Below, piece after piece: positions 47,206 through 57,275 of a stretch of 64,000 nucleotides of DNA. The notes beneath the pieces were generated by a model, which saw only the letters and a program-made list of their open reading frames with translations, ran no database searches and had not been told where the DNA came from. This DNA is from an uncultured Chitinophagaceae bacterium (GTDB lineage: Bacteria; Bacteroidota; Ignavibacteria; UBA10030; UBA8401): positions 13,501-77,500 of the forward strand of contig CAZRWF010000003.1 of NCBI GenBank assembly GCA_964603685.1, in the 5' to 3' direction. Positions within the stretch are counted from its first letter, which is position 1. Every line of letters starts with the position of its first letter. Position numbers and translations under genes: made by a program.

Positions 47206-48252
47206 TCACTCTCCCCTTCTGCCGGAGTTGCCGGAGGTCGATCCGGAATTGCCGCTGCTTCGCGGAGCGGATTGAGCCGGCGGCGATTGTTGTTGCGGCG
47301 GCGGCGATACGTGTTGCTGTCTCGGTTGACGGGGACGTTCTTCCGATTTCGGCTCCTCTTTGGGAACATTTTTTTTCACCGGCGGAGTGAATCGCGGCTC
47401 TTCCCGTTTCGGACGTTCCGGGGCGGTTTCATCTTGTCGTTCTGCTTTTTTGGGGGGAACATATCGCGGCTGATCGCGCACCGGTTGATTATTTACCGGA
47501 CGTTCTGCCGGAAGAATTCGACGTGTCTCTCCCGGTGTTGCCGGCGGCGGTGCCGGTCGTTCTTCACCCTCCGCGACTCTGGTCGTTTTGGTTTCACTCA
47601 CTTTTTCCCACCACGGTTTTTCCGTATCGCGTCGCCCCTCCGGCGGTTTCGGCCCCTCCGGTACCCATGTGCCCGTTCTGCCGACAGTGATCGGACCGGT
47701 GGACGGAACGGAGGGGGGATTGCCTGCGGTTGGCCGGTCGCGGCCGGGAATCGGGTCTCGGGTCGGCCCATCCGTTCGCGGTCGATCGGTCGTTACCGGC
47801 CTGTCATTATAGACCGGTGACGGGTAATAGACCGGGTAATACACAACAGGAGGATAGTAGACCGGATAAGGATAGGGGTACGGATACCACGGATCCCAAT
47901 ATGGCGGCGGAGCGTAACACCAACCGTACGAGGAGTAGAATGGATCATAATACCATGACGGTCGGTGGTACATTCCCCAATAATAGTTGTCAAAATATGA
48001 ATGATAGTACGCGCTGATCCAGGAAGTATAGGTCGGATAATAATAGTTGAAGGAGACACGCAGCCGCGAACGGCGGTAGTCATCATCAAGATAATAATGA
48101 TTGTTGATCGTCGTATTTCCCGCTTCGGTGGATGTATCCGATGCGTACGATTGGTCTCGGTCTTCTGTTTCTCTTGTCGCCAATTCCGTATAACATCCGG
48201 AAAAAACGAATACACAAACAGCGGCCGTCATCATCATCAGTCCCGGTTTCAT
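47206..48252 (-). CDS. Lipoprotein with an extreme Tyr/Pro/Trp-rich low-complexity segment and Pro/Lys/Glu-rich tail
   Basis: 348 aa; lipoprotein signal MKPGLMMMTAAVCVFVFSGC; ~90-aa segment YYYPTYTSWISAYYHSYFDNYYWGMYHRPSWYYDPFYSSYGWCYAPPPYWDPWYPYPYPYPVYYPPVVYYPVYYPSPVY; then DRPRTDGPTRD and a long proline-rich, highly charged (Lys/Glu/Arg) tail. Confidence 0.55.
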   Translation of the reverse strand: MKPGLMMMTAAVCVFVFSGCYTELATRETEDRDQSYASDTSTEAGNTTINNHYYLDDDYRRSRLRVSFNYYYPTYTSWISAYYHSYFDNYYWGMYHRPSWYYDPFYSSYGWCYAPPPYWDPWYPYPYPYPVYYPPVVYYPVYYPSPVYNDRPVTTDRPRTDGPTRDPIPGRDRPTAGNPPSVPSTGPITVGRTGTWVPEGPKPPEGRRDTEKPWWEKVSETKTTRVAEGEERPAPPPATPGETRRILPAERPVNNQPVRDQPRYVPPKKAERQDETAPERPKREEPRFTPPVKKNVPKEEPKSEERPRQPRQQHVSPPPQQQSPPAQSAPRSSGNSGSTSGNSGRRGE

Positions 48253-48427
48253 GGCTCACCTCTTTGTTGGTCGTACCAATAAAAACACACACAGAAGGAA
48301 AATCATTCCGTACAATGTACCATATTCACCGGCACATATCAATGGAGACGAAACGAGCGTAGAAAAGGTTTAATAGCGGATTGGGTTGAATTTTGTCACA
48401 ATATGGAAGATTCGGGCAACCGTCCGG

Positions 48428-49192
48428 TCAAAATGTCCGGACATATTCCACCTTTAACGTCCGGTTCGCAAACGTCACATTCTGCTGGTTTTTTGCCATG
48501 TTTTTCAGATCGAATCCGAGTGTTAACCCGTTGGCAAGCGACCAGCGGATGCCGGTATTTAAATATCCTTTGCCTTGACCGAGCGCACGGCCGTGACTGT
48601 CGTTAAACGCAAAATCATATTCTGCCATCAGAGAGATCTCTTGTCCGAGCGATTTTTCCACACCCCAATAGACATTCATATCCTTGTCGCCGTCCGATTT
48701 TTCCATACTCCAGTTCACTCCGCCGTGAAAGCTTAAATAGCCGAGGAAGGAATAATTTTTGCTCGCGGCGATGAAGATCCCCCGCGATTTGATCGTAAAC
48801 CGCTCCAGCGAGTCGAGGTAGGTCTCTTTTCCCTGCGAATCGAATCCGAAAGCGACGGCCGGCATCGATTCGCTTTCGTCGAAGAGCCGGTATTTCACCA
48901 TCACGCCCGGAAGTTTTTGCATCGTGGTGTTTCCTTTGCCGATAATGCCGACGCCGCCGTACGAAATTCCGAAGGTGAGCCGGTCCAACGCTCCCGCATA
49001 CAATCCGAAGGTCAGTCCGCCGTCCTGAAAAAAGTTCGACTCCAGTGAAAAGGCCCCGCGTTTTAACAATCCCGCCGTCGGCGTATCGATAAGGAACCGC
49101 GGTTCGATATTGGCGGCATCGCCGGCGGAATTCTGTCCGAACGCCGGGGAGACCGCAAAGAACATGATCGCAATGAGGGCTAACACTTTCAT
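48428..49192 (-). CDS. Small outer-membrane beta-barrel protein (OmpA-N/OmpW/PorT-like, about 8-10 strands)
   Basis: ORF trimmed to MKVLALIAIMFFAVSPAFGQ (signal peptide); C-terminal ...LKVEYVRTF; alternating hydrophobic strands. Confidence 0.55.
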   Translation of the reverse strand: MKVLALIAIMFFAVSPAFGQNSAGDAANIEPRFLIDTPTAGLLKRGAFSLESNFFQDGGLTFGLYAGALDRLTFGISYGGVGIIGKGNTTMQKLPGVMVKYRLFDESESMPAVAFGFDSQGKETYLDSLERFTIKSRGIFIAASKNYSFLGYLSFHGGVNWSMEKSDGDKDMNVYWGVEKSLGQEISLMAEYDFAFNDSHGRALGQGKGYLNTGIRWSLANGLTLGFDLKNMAKNQQNVTFANRTLKVEYVRTF

Positions 49193-49229
49193 AATATTCC
49201 TTCGAATGATGTAACAGTGTACGAAATTC

Positions 49230-50672
49230 TTACTCTTTTTTCCACGTGGTTCCCTCTTTTGTGTCTTCCAGCACCACACCCATCGCTTTGAGGTCGTCGC
49301 GAATCTTGTCCGACAACGCAAACTGTTTTGCCGTCCGTGCGGCCGCGCGGGAGGCGATGAGCAATTCGATCAATTGCGGTTCGAGTCCGCCGGACGACGA
49401 TGCTGCCGCCGTTAACCGAATGCCGAGGATCGTTTCTGCCGCAGAGGTGAAGAACTGATCGAGTGTGACAAAAAATTCGTGCGAGCCGTTCTTGGCATCG
49501 GAGAGCAATTCGTTCGTCTCACGCACCACTTCGAACAGTACGCCGATCGCCGCCGGTGCGTTCACATCGTCGTTCATCGCCTCAAAGAACCGTTTTTTGT
49601 ACTCTTTCAGGCGGTCCTTAAAATCGATCGTTCCGGCCCGCTGCCGGGCGATCTCTCCGCGCAGACGTGCGACGGTGTTGCGGAGTTTTTCCAGTCCTTT
49701 CGCCGCCCCCTCCACCGCCTGCTCGCTGTAGTCCAGCGTGCTGCGGTAATGACTTTGAAGAATAAAAAACCGGATGACCCCCGGTTCGAATTTTTTAAAT
49801 GCGTCCTTTAAGGTGGTAAAATTGCCGAGCGATTTTCCCATCTTCTGCCCGTTCACTGTCACGAGATTGTTGTGCATCCAATATTTGACGAAGGGACGCT
49901 GTGTCAGGCATTCGCTCTGAGCGATTTCGCATTCGTGATGCGGAAATTGATTGTCCATCCCGCCGCCGTGGATGTCGAATGTCTCGCCGAGATATTTCAT
50001 GGACATTGCGGAACATTCGATGTGCCACCCGGGGAATCCTTCTCCCCAGGGTGAATTCCACCGCATCAGATGATTCGGTTCCGCCTTTTTCCACAACGCA
50101 AAATCGGCCGGGTGGCGTTTTTCGGATTTTACTTCCACGCGCGTTCCCGATTCCGCTTCGTCGAGATTCCGGCCGGACAATTTCCCGTATTCTTTATCCT
50201 TGCTGACGTCGAAATAGACCGAGCCATTCGCTTCGTAGGCAAACCCTTTGGCGAGCAGCTGCTGGGTCATCGCAATCTGTTCTGGTATGTGCCCCGTGGC
50301 GCGTGGAGAAATATCGGGACGAAGAATATTCAACGCATCCATATCCTCGAAATATTCCCGCGTGTACATCTCCACCACCTGCATCGGATGCAGCTTATCC
50401 TTTTTCGCCTGTTTGGCGATCTTGTCTTCTCCCTCATCGGCATCGTCGGTCAAATGGCCCACATCGGTGATGTTCTGCACGTATGTGACGGCATATCCGA
50501 GATACCGCAGATACCGCACGACCACATCGAACGACACATAACTTTTTGCGTGGCCCAGGTGCGACAGTCCGTACACCGTCGGACCGCAGACGTACATGCG
50601 GACGATCCCTTCGTTCAGCGGAATGAATTCTTCTTTAGTTCGCGTGAGTGAGTTGGTGATAAAAAGTGGCAT
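49230..50672 (-). CDS. cysS: Cysteine--tRNA ligase
   Basis: 480 aa; HIGH motif (HLGH) in [17 protein letters not shown]; KMSKS motif as KMGKS. Confidence 0.95.
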   Translation of the reverse strand: MPLFITNSLTRTKEEFIPLNEGIVRMYVCGPTVYGLSHLGHAKSYVSFDVVVRYLRYLGYAVTYVQNITDVGHLTDDADEGEDKIAKQAKKDKLHPMQVVEMYTREYFEDMDALNILRPDISPRATGHIPEQIAMTQQLLAKGFAYEANGSVYFDVSKDKEYGKLSGRNLDEAESGTRVEVKSEKRHPADFALWKKAEPNHLMRWNSPWGEGFPGWHIECSAMSMKYLGETFDIHGGGMDNQFPHHECEIAQSECLTQRPFVKYWMHNNLVTVNGQKMGKSLGNFTTLKDAFKKFEPGVIRFFILQSHYRSTLDYSEQAVEGAAKGLEKLRNTVARLRGEIARQRAGTIDFKDRLKEYKKRFFEAMNDDVNAPAAIGVLFEVVRETNELLSDAKNGSHEFFVTLDQFFTSAAETILGIRLTAAASSSGGLEPQLIELLIASRAAARTAKQFALSDKIRDDLKAMGVVLEDTKEGTTWKKE

Positions 50673-50699
50673 GGTCGTTATATTTCGGGCAATGGTGAT

Positions 50700-50720
50700 T
50701 CGCCGCCGGATCGGCGGCGA
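50700..50720 (-). promoter_or_regulatory. Perfect 9-bp GC hairpin in the cysS 5' leader (function unknown)
   Basis: TCGCCGCCG-GAT-CGGCGGCGA 28 nt upstream of the cysS ATG, with no following U-tract. Confidence 0.3.
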
Positions 50721-50766
50721 AGGAGATCGACAAACCGTGCGGACATTCGTTTGCGCACAACAGCGC

Positions 50767-52479
50767 TTAGCGAATAATCCCCATCAGCTCTTTGGCGCTT
50801 TGTAATCCTGCTTCCGTCACTTCCGATCCGCTCAATAATTTCGCCACTTCACGGATCCGCTCATCGTTGGTCAGCTCCCGCAGACGGGTGGAGGTTTTTT
50901 TGTTCGTTTCGCTCTTCTCCACCGCAAAATGTGTGTCCGCCAGGCCGGCGATCTGCGGCAGATGCGTGATGGCAATGATCTGATGATGCGCGGAAAGTTT
51001 TTTCAGGCTGAGACCGACCGACTGGCCGATCCGTCCGCTCACACCGGTATCAATTTCGTCGAAGATCAGCAAGGGTGTCTTGTCCGACGTTGCCAGCGCC
51101 CCTTTGAGCGCGAGCATGATCCGCGAGACCTCGCCGCCGGAGGCGACCTTTGCCAGCGGTTTTGGTTCTTCGCCGACATTGGTGGAGAGAAAAAATTCCA
51201 CGGTATCCACGCCGTTCGGAGCGGCAAGCCACCGTTTGTCGCCGATGCGGACCGATAAGGAGGATGCTGATGGATCGGCAGGCGTTTGCCGGATGTCGGT
51301 AACAAACTTCGCCTTGGCGATGCCAAGGTCCGCGATGGCGGACAGGATCGCCTGTTCCAGTTTTTTGGCGGCGGCGGTCCGTTGCCGGGTGATTTTCTGC
51401 GCTTTTTCGCCGCACTCTGCGCGCAGCGTTTCGATCGTACTTTCGAGTTTGGCCAATTCACCCGAAAAATTTTCCGCAAACCGGAATTCCTCGCCGATTT
51501 TTTTTCGGAATTCGATCAGCTGTTCGACCGTCCCGCCGTATTTTTTCTTCAACAGCGCCAGCGCGCCGAGCCGTTCGCGGATCCATTCCAGCCGTTCCGG
51601 ATTAAATTCGATTCGCGACGCATAACTTTGCACCTGCTTAGCAATCTCATCCACAATCACTTCGGCGGAGCGTGCTTCGGTCACCGATTCCGTAAAGGAG
51701 GGATCGATCTCCGCCAACCGCTCTACCATTTTTCGTGCTTTAATCAGGTTGTCCCGGACCGACTGTTCGGATTCGTACAATAATTGATGGATGCCGCCGG
51801 TCAGCTCATTGAGCGTTTCGGTGTTTTCCAGGATCGTCAGTTCGGATTCGAGTTGTTCTTCTTCGCCGCTTTTCGGATCGACCGCATCAATCTCTTTGAT
51901 CTGAAACTCGAACAATGACTTTTTCGCCTTCAATTGATCTTCCTGATCCTGCAGTTCTCTTTTTTGCGCGCTCCGTTCCGCCAGGGCGCGATAACTGCGG
52001 CGGTACGCTTCGATTTCCGCTCCGTATCCGCCGAAGGCATCGAGCACATCGATGTGTGTTTCCGGCCGGAGGAGCGACTGATGTTCATGCTGGCCGTGGA
52101 GATCGACCAATGCATCGCCGATCTCTTTCAGCAGCGAAACGGAGACCGGCGAGTCGTTCACGAAACATCGGCTTTGTCCTTTGTTCGTCACTTCCCGCCG
52201 GATGATCAGTTCTTCCGTCACATCGTTTTCGCTCGACCGGAGAATGTCCGCCACACGATCGTTTCCTTGTACGACAAATACCCCTTCCACGATTGCTTTG
52301 TCGGCGCCGGTGCGGATCATTTCCGAACTCGCACGTTCGCCCAGCAGCAATCCGAGTGCATCAATCAGAATGGACTTTCCGGCACCTGTTTCGCCGGTGA
52401 TGATGGTAAGTCCGGAAGAAAACTCGACGGAAATTTCTTCGATGAGGGCGTAATTTTTGATGAGGAGTTGTTTCAGCAT
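50767..52479 (-). CDS. recN: DNA repair protein RecN
   Basis: 570 aa; N-terminal Walker A GETGAGKS; long coiled coil; C-terminal SMC signature region. Confidence 0.9.
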   Translation of the reverse strand: MLKQLLIKNYALIEEISVEFSSGLTIITGETGAGKSILIDALGLLLGERASSEMIRTGADKAIVEGVFVVQGNDRVADILRSSENDVTEELIIRREVTNKGQSRCFVNDSPVSVSLLKEIGDALVDLHGQHEHQSLLRPETHIDVLDAFGGYGAEIEAYRRSYRALAERSAQKRELQDQEDQLKAKKSLFEFQIKEIDAVDPKSGEEEQLESELTILENTETLNELTGGIHQLLYESEQSVRDNLIKARKMVERLAEIDPSFTESVTEARSAEVIVDEIAKQVQSYASRIEFNPERLEWIRERLGALALLKKKYGGTVEQLIEFRKKIGEEFRFAENFSGELAKLESTIETLRAECGEKAQKITRQRTAAAKKLEQAILSAIADLGIAKAKFVTDIRQTPADPSASSLSVRIGDKRWLAAPNGVDTVEFFLSTNVGEEPKPLAKVASGGEVSRIMLALKGALATSDKTPLLIFDEIDTGVSGRIGQSVGLSLKKLSAHHQIIAITHLPQIAGLADTHFAVEKSETNKKTSTRLRELTNDERIREVAKLLSGSEVTEAGLQSAKELMGIIR

Positions 52480-52602
52480 TGGGTCAAATTACACGGAAAA
52501 ACGGTCAGTTTCAAGGAAAGGATACCGGCTATTGCGGACATGGATTCCGGCGGAAACTTCCTCGGTACGCACGGCGGCGACCGGCGGGCCTCCGAATGCG
52601 CC

Positions 52603-53418
52603 TTATTCGGCGATGGTGATTTCGGGAATATCTCCCAGCATTCCGTAATAGAACGCCATCCGGAAAAATTCCTCCAACGCGGTTTTGGTAAGATCGTCGA
52701 ATCCGTACGAAAATCGGGAAAGATAATTCTGCAGCAGATCCGCCGAATGCCCGGTTTCCGCCGCCAGTTCGTTCACGACCGATTCCAGAGTGCTACGGCC
52801 GGCGTTTTGTGATGCAATAAGCAGCGTGCTGAGCGCGGGATCGAATGTTTCCGAGCGGCCGACGCAGAGGGTGTGCACAAACGGCAGTTCCGTCATATCG
52901 GTCCACTCATCCACCATGTCGATGAACGGCAGATCGCTGTCGATGGTGAGAAGCGCATCGCCGGTGACGAGGGCGGAATCCGCTTTTACCAGCATTTCGT
53001 CGACCGAGCCGAGAGCCGGAACGATCGCCGGTTCGGAATCATATTTTTCGCCGAGGACAATGCGGGAAAGGACCACATCCGTGGTCATCACCGCTCCCAC
53101 CGCCATCGTGGTAATCTTCTGCAGATTGCGACGGAGATACAAACGGGATGAATTGCTCTGTCCGGCGGACGAGACTCCCAATTCCGGATAGAGAAATAAT
53201 CCCGAACTGTTTTGCGCGTACTCCACCGGGGGGATGTAGATGACATCCCGTTCTTTGCTCATCAACCCGTCCATCTGCGCGGCAGGCGTATCAAACAAAA
53301 GTTCCCCCGGGAATCCGGAGGAACGATGAAGCGTACGATACAACGGCCGGGTGTAGAGATCGCGGAGCGCGCCCACTCGCCGGCCGTTTGCCTGGCCGGT
53401 GCGCACGGCGGAACTCAC
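52603..53418 (-). CDS. mqnA: MqnA/MqnD-family protein (futalosine-pathway menaquinone biosynthesis; probably chorismate dehydratase MqnA)
   Basis: 271 aa; periplasmic-binding-protein-like fold; N-terminal [14 protein letters not shown] resembles the MqnA Y-x-N-x-x-P-L motif; ATGA overlap with the rplS stop. Confidence 0.45.
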   Translation of the reverse strand: MSSAVRTGQANGRRVGALRDLYTRPLYRTLHRSSGFPGELLFDTPAAQMDGLMSKERDVIYIPPVEYAQNSSGLFLYPELGVSSAGQSNSSRLYLRRNLQKITTMAVGAVMTTDVVLSRIVLGEKYDSEPAIVPALGSVDEMLVKADSALVTGDALLTIDSDLPFIDMVDEWTDMTELPFVHTLCVGRSETFDPALSTLLIASQNAGRSTLESVVNELAAETGHSADLLQNYLSRFSYGFDDLTKTALEEFFRMAFYYGMLGDIPEITIAE

Positions 53419-53762
53419 TGATTCGCGCCGGTCTTTTGACGGATCTGTTTCGCCGCCAATCCGCGCAAGTAGTACAGTTTCGCGCGCCGGGCGTGTCCTT
53501 CCTTCACCAATTCAATCTTGGCGATACGCGGTGAGTGCAGCGGGAAAATTCTTTCCACTCCGACACCGTCCGACACTTTGCGGACGGTGAACGTGGCACC
53601 CATGCCTTCGCCACGGCGTCCGATCACGACACCTTGATATTGCTGGATACGTTCTTTATCCCCTTCCACCACGCGGACGTGCACATTCACCGAATCGCCC
53701 ACTTTGAATTCCGGAAGGTCGGCCTTCACATAAGCCGCTTCCACTAATTTGATTTTGTCCAT
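53415..53762 (-). CDS. rplS: 50S ribosomal protein L19
   Basis: 115 aa; [34 protein letters not shown]. Confidence 0.95.
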   Translation of the reverse strand: MDKIKLVEAAYVKADLPEFKVGDSVNVHVRVVEGDKERIQQYQGVVIGRRGEGMGATFTVRKVSDGVGVERIFPLHSPRIAKIELVKEGHARRAKLYYLRGLAAKQIRQKTGANQ

Positions 53763-53879
53763 ACTTACCTCGTTGTTGTGTCCCGTTCTTTCGGGACGAT
53801 GATTGAATACTGTATTTTATTTTCACACTCTGGAACGGACCGTTGTATTTCGTTTCGCTTTGGGTCCGTATTTTTTGTC

Positions 53880-54554
53880 CTACGGTAACAAATCTTTTCT
53901 TCGCTCCTTCGTCTTTGCCGCTCGCTGCTCTTCTCTCCATTGTGCCACTTCTTTGTGGTTTCCGCCGAGCAGCACTTCCGGCACTTTCATTCCCCGAAAT
54001 TCCGGGGGGCGCGTGTAACTCGGCGCGTCGAGTTGTCCGTCCTGAAACGAGTCGGACAACGCCGATTCACCGTCACCGATCGCTCCGGGTATCAGCCGGA
54101 TAACCGCGTCGGCGATCACCATCGCCGCCAACTCCCCGCCGGTCAACACATAATCGCCGATAGAAATCTCTCTGGTCACCAGCACATCCCGCACCCGCTG
54201 ATCGATTCCTTTGTAATGTCCGCAGAGGATGATCAGATTGTTCTTCAGCGAAAAATCGTTCGCCATTTTCTGATCAAACCGTTCTCCGTCCGCCGTCACA
54301 TAGATCACATCGTCGTAGTCCCGTTCGGACCGAAGTTTCTCCACACATTCGAAGATCGGTTCCGGCTTCAGGATCATCCCCGATCCGCCGCCGTACGGCG
54401 GAAGGTCGATGATGCGGTGTTTATCGTGGGCGTACGACCGGAGGTCGTGCACCGCGATTTCCGCCAATCCTTTTTCCTGCGCCCGCTTGAGAATACTTTC
54501 CGACAGAGGGCTTTTCAACAGCTGCGGCACTGCGGAAACGATATCGATCCTCAT
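53880..54554 (-). CDS. trmD: tRNA (guanine37-N1)-methyltransferase TrmD
   Basis: 224 aa; [13 protein letters not shown]...SPOUT knot motifs. Confidence 0.95.
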   Translation of the reverse strand: MRIDIVSAVPQLLKSPLSESILKRAQEKGLAEIAVHDLRSYAHDKHRIIDLPPYGGGSGMILKPEPIFECVEKLRSERDYDDVIYVTADGERFDQKMANDFSLKNNLIILCGHYKGIDQRVRDVLVTREISIGDYVLTGGELAAMVIADAVIRLIPGAIGDGESALSDSFQDGQLDAPSYTRPPEFRGMKVPEVLLGGNHKEVAQWREEQRAAKTKERRKDLLP

Positions 54555-54572
54555 ACGTCCGTCACCATCGTT

Positions 54573-55112
54573 TTATAACATTTCGCCGTCGAACAATCCT
54601 TCCGGAGGGCGGACGACGATCCGCTTGTTCTGCACATCCACATTCATCACAAATTCCCGGACGGCGGGGAGCAGCACCTGACCGCGCCGCGTTTTGACCG
54701 TGTAGACCATTTGTGCCGGATACGCATCCACCGAAACGACCGATCCGTACATTTTTCCCGCCTCGTTCACCACCGAACAGCCGACAAGATCGTCGATGAA
54801 AAATTTTTCGTCCGGCAGTTGTTTCCGGCGGATCTCTTCCACGAACAGATACTGTCCGCGGAGCAGTTCGGCATCGGTCCGGTCATCCACGCCCGCCAGT
54901 TTCAGATAAATCCCGTCCCCGCGTGTTTTCACCGACTCCACCGTGCACGGCACCACGTCGGCATCGGACGCACCGAGCAGGAATGTTCCTGCCGCCTGAA
55001 GTTCTTCGGCGCTCCGGGCGAACGATTCTACTTTCACTTCGCCGCGGATGCCGAACACTTTCCGGACCTGCGCCACCGCACGAAGTTCCCCGGTGATCTG
55101 TTTAGTCTTCAA
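54573..55112 (-). CDS. rimM: 16S rRNA processing protein RimM
   Basis: 179 aa; RimM N-terminal + PRC barrel; operon position. Confidence 0.85.
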   Translation of the reverse strand: MKTKQITGELRAVAQVRKVFGIRGEVKVESFARSAEELQAAGTFLLGASDADVVPCTVESVKTRGDGIYLKLAGVDDRTDAELLRGQYLFVEEIRRKQLPDEKFFIDDLVGCSVVNEAGKMYGSVVSVDAYPAQMVYTVKTRRGQVLLPAVREFVMNVDVQNKRIVVRPPEGLFDGEML

Positions 55113-55332
55113 CTTCGAGTATCGCCCTTTTACCAGTTTTCGCCGCCACCGCGCTCAGCAGAACGCGCATGGATTGCGCCGTGCGCCCTTGTTTCCCGAT
55201 GATCTTTCCGATATCGGGTTGCGCCACTTTAATCCGGAAGACGATTTTTTCATCCTTCTCCTCTTCCGAAATGACGACCGACGCGGGATCGTCGACGAGA
55301 TGCTTCGCAACATATTCGAGGAATTCACGCAT
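55102..55332 (-). CDS. KH-domain RNA-binding protein (YlqC/UPF0109 family)
   Basis: 76 aa; KH signature IGKIIGKQGRTAQSMR; conserved position between rpsP and rimM. Confidence 0.7.
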   Translation of the reverse strand: MREFLEYVAKHLVDDPASVVISEEEKDEKIVFRIKVAQPDIGKIIGKQGRTAQSMRVLLSAVAAKTGKRAILEVED

Positions 55333-55388
55333 ATCTGCCTCCTGGTGGTGGTGATACGACGGCGTTCTCTACGATGATGCCGAAACGA

Positions 55389-55814
55389 TTACGCTTGCGC
55401 GGGAGCTTCCGCCGCGGGAGCCGACGGAACAGCCGCTTTTTTCTTTGCCGCTTTGCGGCGTGCTTTTTTCGCCAATTCTTTTTCGCGTTTTAAACCCTGC
55501 GCGGCGGACCATTTTTCGTATTCCGCGGCGATGGTCGCTTCATCTTTCCCTTTTTTCTTCAGGGTCCATTTCAGCATAATCCCTTTACGGCTGAGAAGGT
55601 TCTTCACCGTATCGGTCGGTGTCGCGCCGACGCCGAGCCAGTACATCACCCGGGTCTCTTTCAGGTCGATCGAAATCGGATCGGTGCTCGGATTGTATTG
55701 TCCCAGTTTTTCCAGGAACCGTCCGTCCCGTTTGTAGCGGGAATCGGCCGCAACGATACGGTAAATCGGCTGCTTCTTTTTGCCGCCGCGTTGTAATCTG
55801 ATTTTTACTGCCAC
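55389..55814 (-). CDS. rpsP: 30S ribosomal protein S16 with Lys/Ala-rich C-terminal extension
   Basis: 141 aa; [42 protein letters not shown]; tail ...[26 protein letters not shown]. Confidence 0.9.
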   Translation of the reverse strand: MAVKIRLQRGGKKKQPIYRIVAADSRYKRDGRFLEKLGQYNPSTDPISIDLKETRVMYWLGVGATPTDTVKNLLSRKGIMLKWTLKKKGKDEATIAAEYEKWSAAQGLKREKELAKKARRKAAKKKAAVPSAPAAEAPAQA

Positions 55815-55872
55815 TGTGGTGCTCCTTTAACTGTACTGCTGATTGATATGTTGTTATTTAATTTTTTTCGAA

Positions 55873-57213
55873 TCATCGTCCGAACCGCTGGCCCATCATT
55901 TTCGCGATACTTTTTCCTTTGGAAAAATTCCGCATCATCTTCTGCATCTCGGTAAACTGGTTCAGCAGTTTGTTCACTTCTTGGATCGTCGTGCCGCTCC
56001 CGGCGGCGATCCGTTTCCGGCGCGATCCGTTGATAATGCCCGGATTGCTCCGCTCTTCTTTCGTCATGGAGAGAATGATCGCTTCCACGTACTTCAACTC
56101 TTTGTCGTCTACTTCGTTCAGGTTCCCCAGTTTCGCGGCGCCCGGAATCATGGACATCACCTGCGACAACGGCCCCATCTTTTTGATCTGCTGCAGCTGT
56201 TCGTAAAAATCCTGCAGCGTGAACTGCGCCTTGACGATCTTTTCCTGTAACTTCTCCGCCTGCTTCTGGTCAAAGGTCTGCTGCGCCTTTTCCACGAAGG
56301 AGACAATGTCTCCCATACCGAGAATGCGCGATGCCATCCGGTCCGGATGGAACTGCTCCAGCGCATCCATCTTTTCACCGACGCCGACGAATTTGATCGG
56401 TTTGCCGACCACGCTGCGGATCGACAACGCTGCGCCGCCGCGGGTATCGCCGTCCAGTTTTGTCAGCACGACGCCGTCGTAATCCAGCCGGTCGTGGAAC
56501 GCTTTCGCCGTGTTCACGGCATCCTGGCCGATCATCGCGTCGACGACAAAAAGGATCTCGTGCGGCTTCACGGCGGATTTAATGTCCGCCACTTCCTGCA
56601 TCATCGTTTCGTCGATCGCCAAACGGCCGGCGGTATCGATGATCACGATGTCACGGGCATTCTCCTTCGCATGTGCGATCGAACGCTTGGCGATGGCGAG
56701 GGCCGATTCGTTTTTCAGATTGAAAACCGGAACGCCGATCTGCTCGCCGAGCGAAAGCAGCTGATCGACCGCCGCAGGGCGGTAGACGTCCGCCGCCACG
56801 AGAAGCGGCTGCTTCCCTTTTGCTTTTAAATAGTTCGCGAGTTTTCCGCTGAAGGTCGTTTTACCGGACCCCTGCAGACCCGCCACCAAAATTACGGACG
56901 GGATGTCGGAGGAAATGTTGATCTCCGCTTTCGCCGTTCCCATGAGCTCCACGAGTTCGTCGTGGATGATCTTGATGATAAGCTGACCCGGCGTGACGCT
57001 CGCCACCACTTCCTGGCCGAGCGTTTTGATCTTGACGTTCTCGATGAACGTTTTGACCACGTTCACGTTCACGTCGGCATCGAGCAGAACGCGGCGTACT
57101 TCGCTCAGCGCCTCATTCGTGTTCTCATCCGAGATCCGATGCTGCCCACGGAGTTTCCGTAACGCTCCGTCTAATTTTTCCGTCAGTGTTTCGAACATAC
57201 TGTTGTGAACCAC
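55873..57213 (-). CDS. ffh: Signal recognition particle protein Ffh
   Basis: 446 aa; N/G domain GLQGSGKTT, DTAGR; Met-rich M domain. Confidence 0.95.
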   Translation of the reverse strand: MVHNSMFETLTEKLDGALRKLRGQHRISDENTNEALSEVRRVLLDADVNVNVVKTFIENVKIKTLGQEVVASVTPGQLIIKIIHDELVELMGTAKAEINISSDIPSVILVAGLQGSGKTTFSGKLANYLKAKGKQPLLVAADVYRPAAVDQLLSLGEQIGVPVFNLKNESALAIAKRSIAHAKENARDIVIIDTAGRLAIDETMMQEVADIKSAVKPHEILFVVDAMIGQDAVNTAKAFHDRLDYDGVVLTKLDGDTRGGAALSIRSVVGKPIKFVGVGEKMDALEQFHPDRMASRILGMGDIVSFVEKAQQTFDQKQAEKLQEKIVKAQFTLQDFYEQLQQIKKMGPLSQVMSMIPGAAKLGNLNEVDDKELKYVEAIILSMTKEERSNPGIINGSRRKRIAAGSGTTIQEVNKLLNQFTEMQKMMRNFSKGKSIAKMMGQRFGR

Positions 57214-57275
57214 GAAGACACCAAAAACACAAAATTAAAAATATTTCGTGTCCTTTGTGTTTTGGCGGTTATTCC

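Noticed and set aside
46524-48252. Treating the Tyr/Pro-rich region as a DNA-level tandem repeat or low-complexity non-coding spacer
   Set aside because: The reading frame is open for 348 codons, begins with a textbook lipoprotein signal, and is immediately followed by a second lipoprotein sharing peptide-level (not just nucleotide-level) repeats. A coding interpretation was preferred, though expression still needs checking.
55389-55560. Lys/Ala-rich C-terminal tail of ribosomal protein S16 as something unusual
   Set aside because: Extended basic tails on S16 are common in several phyla, including the FCB group. Not novel.
57214-57275. Long imperfect hairpin CCAAAAACACAAA…TTTGTGTTTTGG between ffh and atpG as the atp operon terminator
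   Set aside because: It lies between ffh (start 57213) and the atpG stop (57276) on the minus strand and has a 24-nt loop and an A/T-only stem. Plausible but too weak to call.
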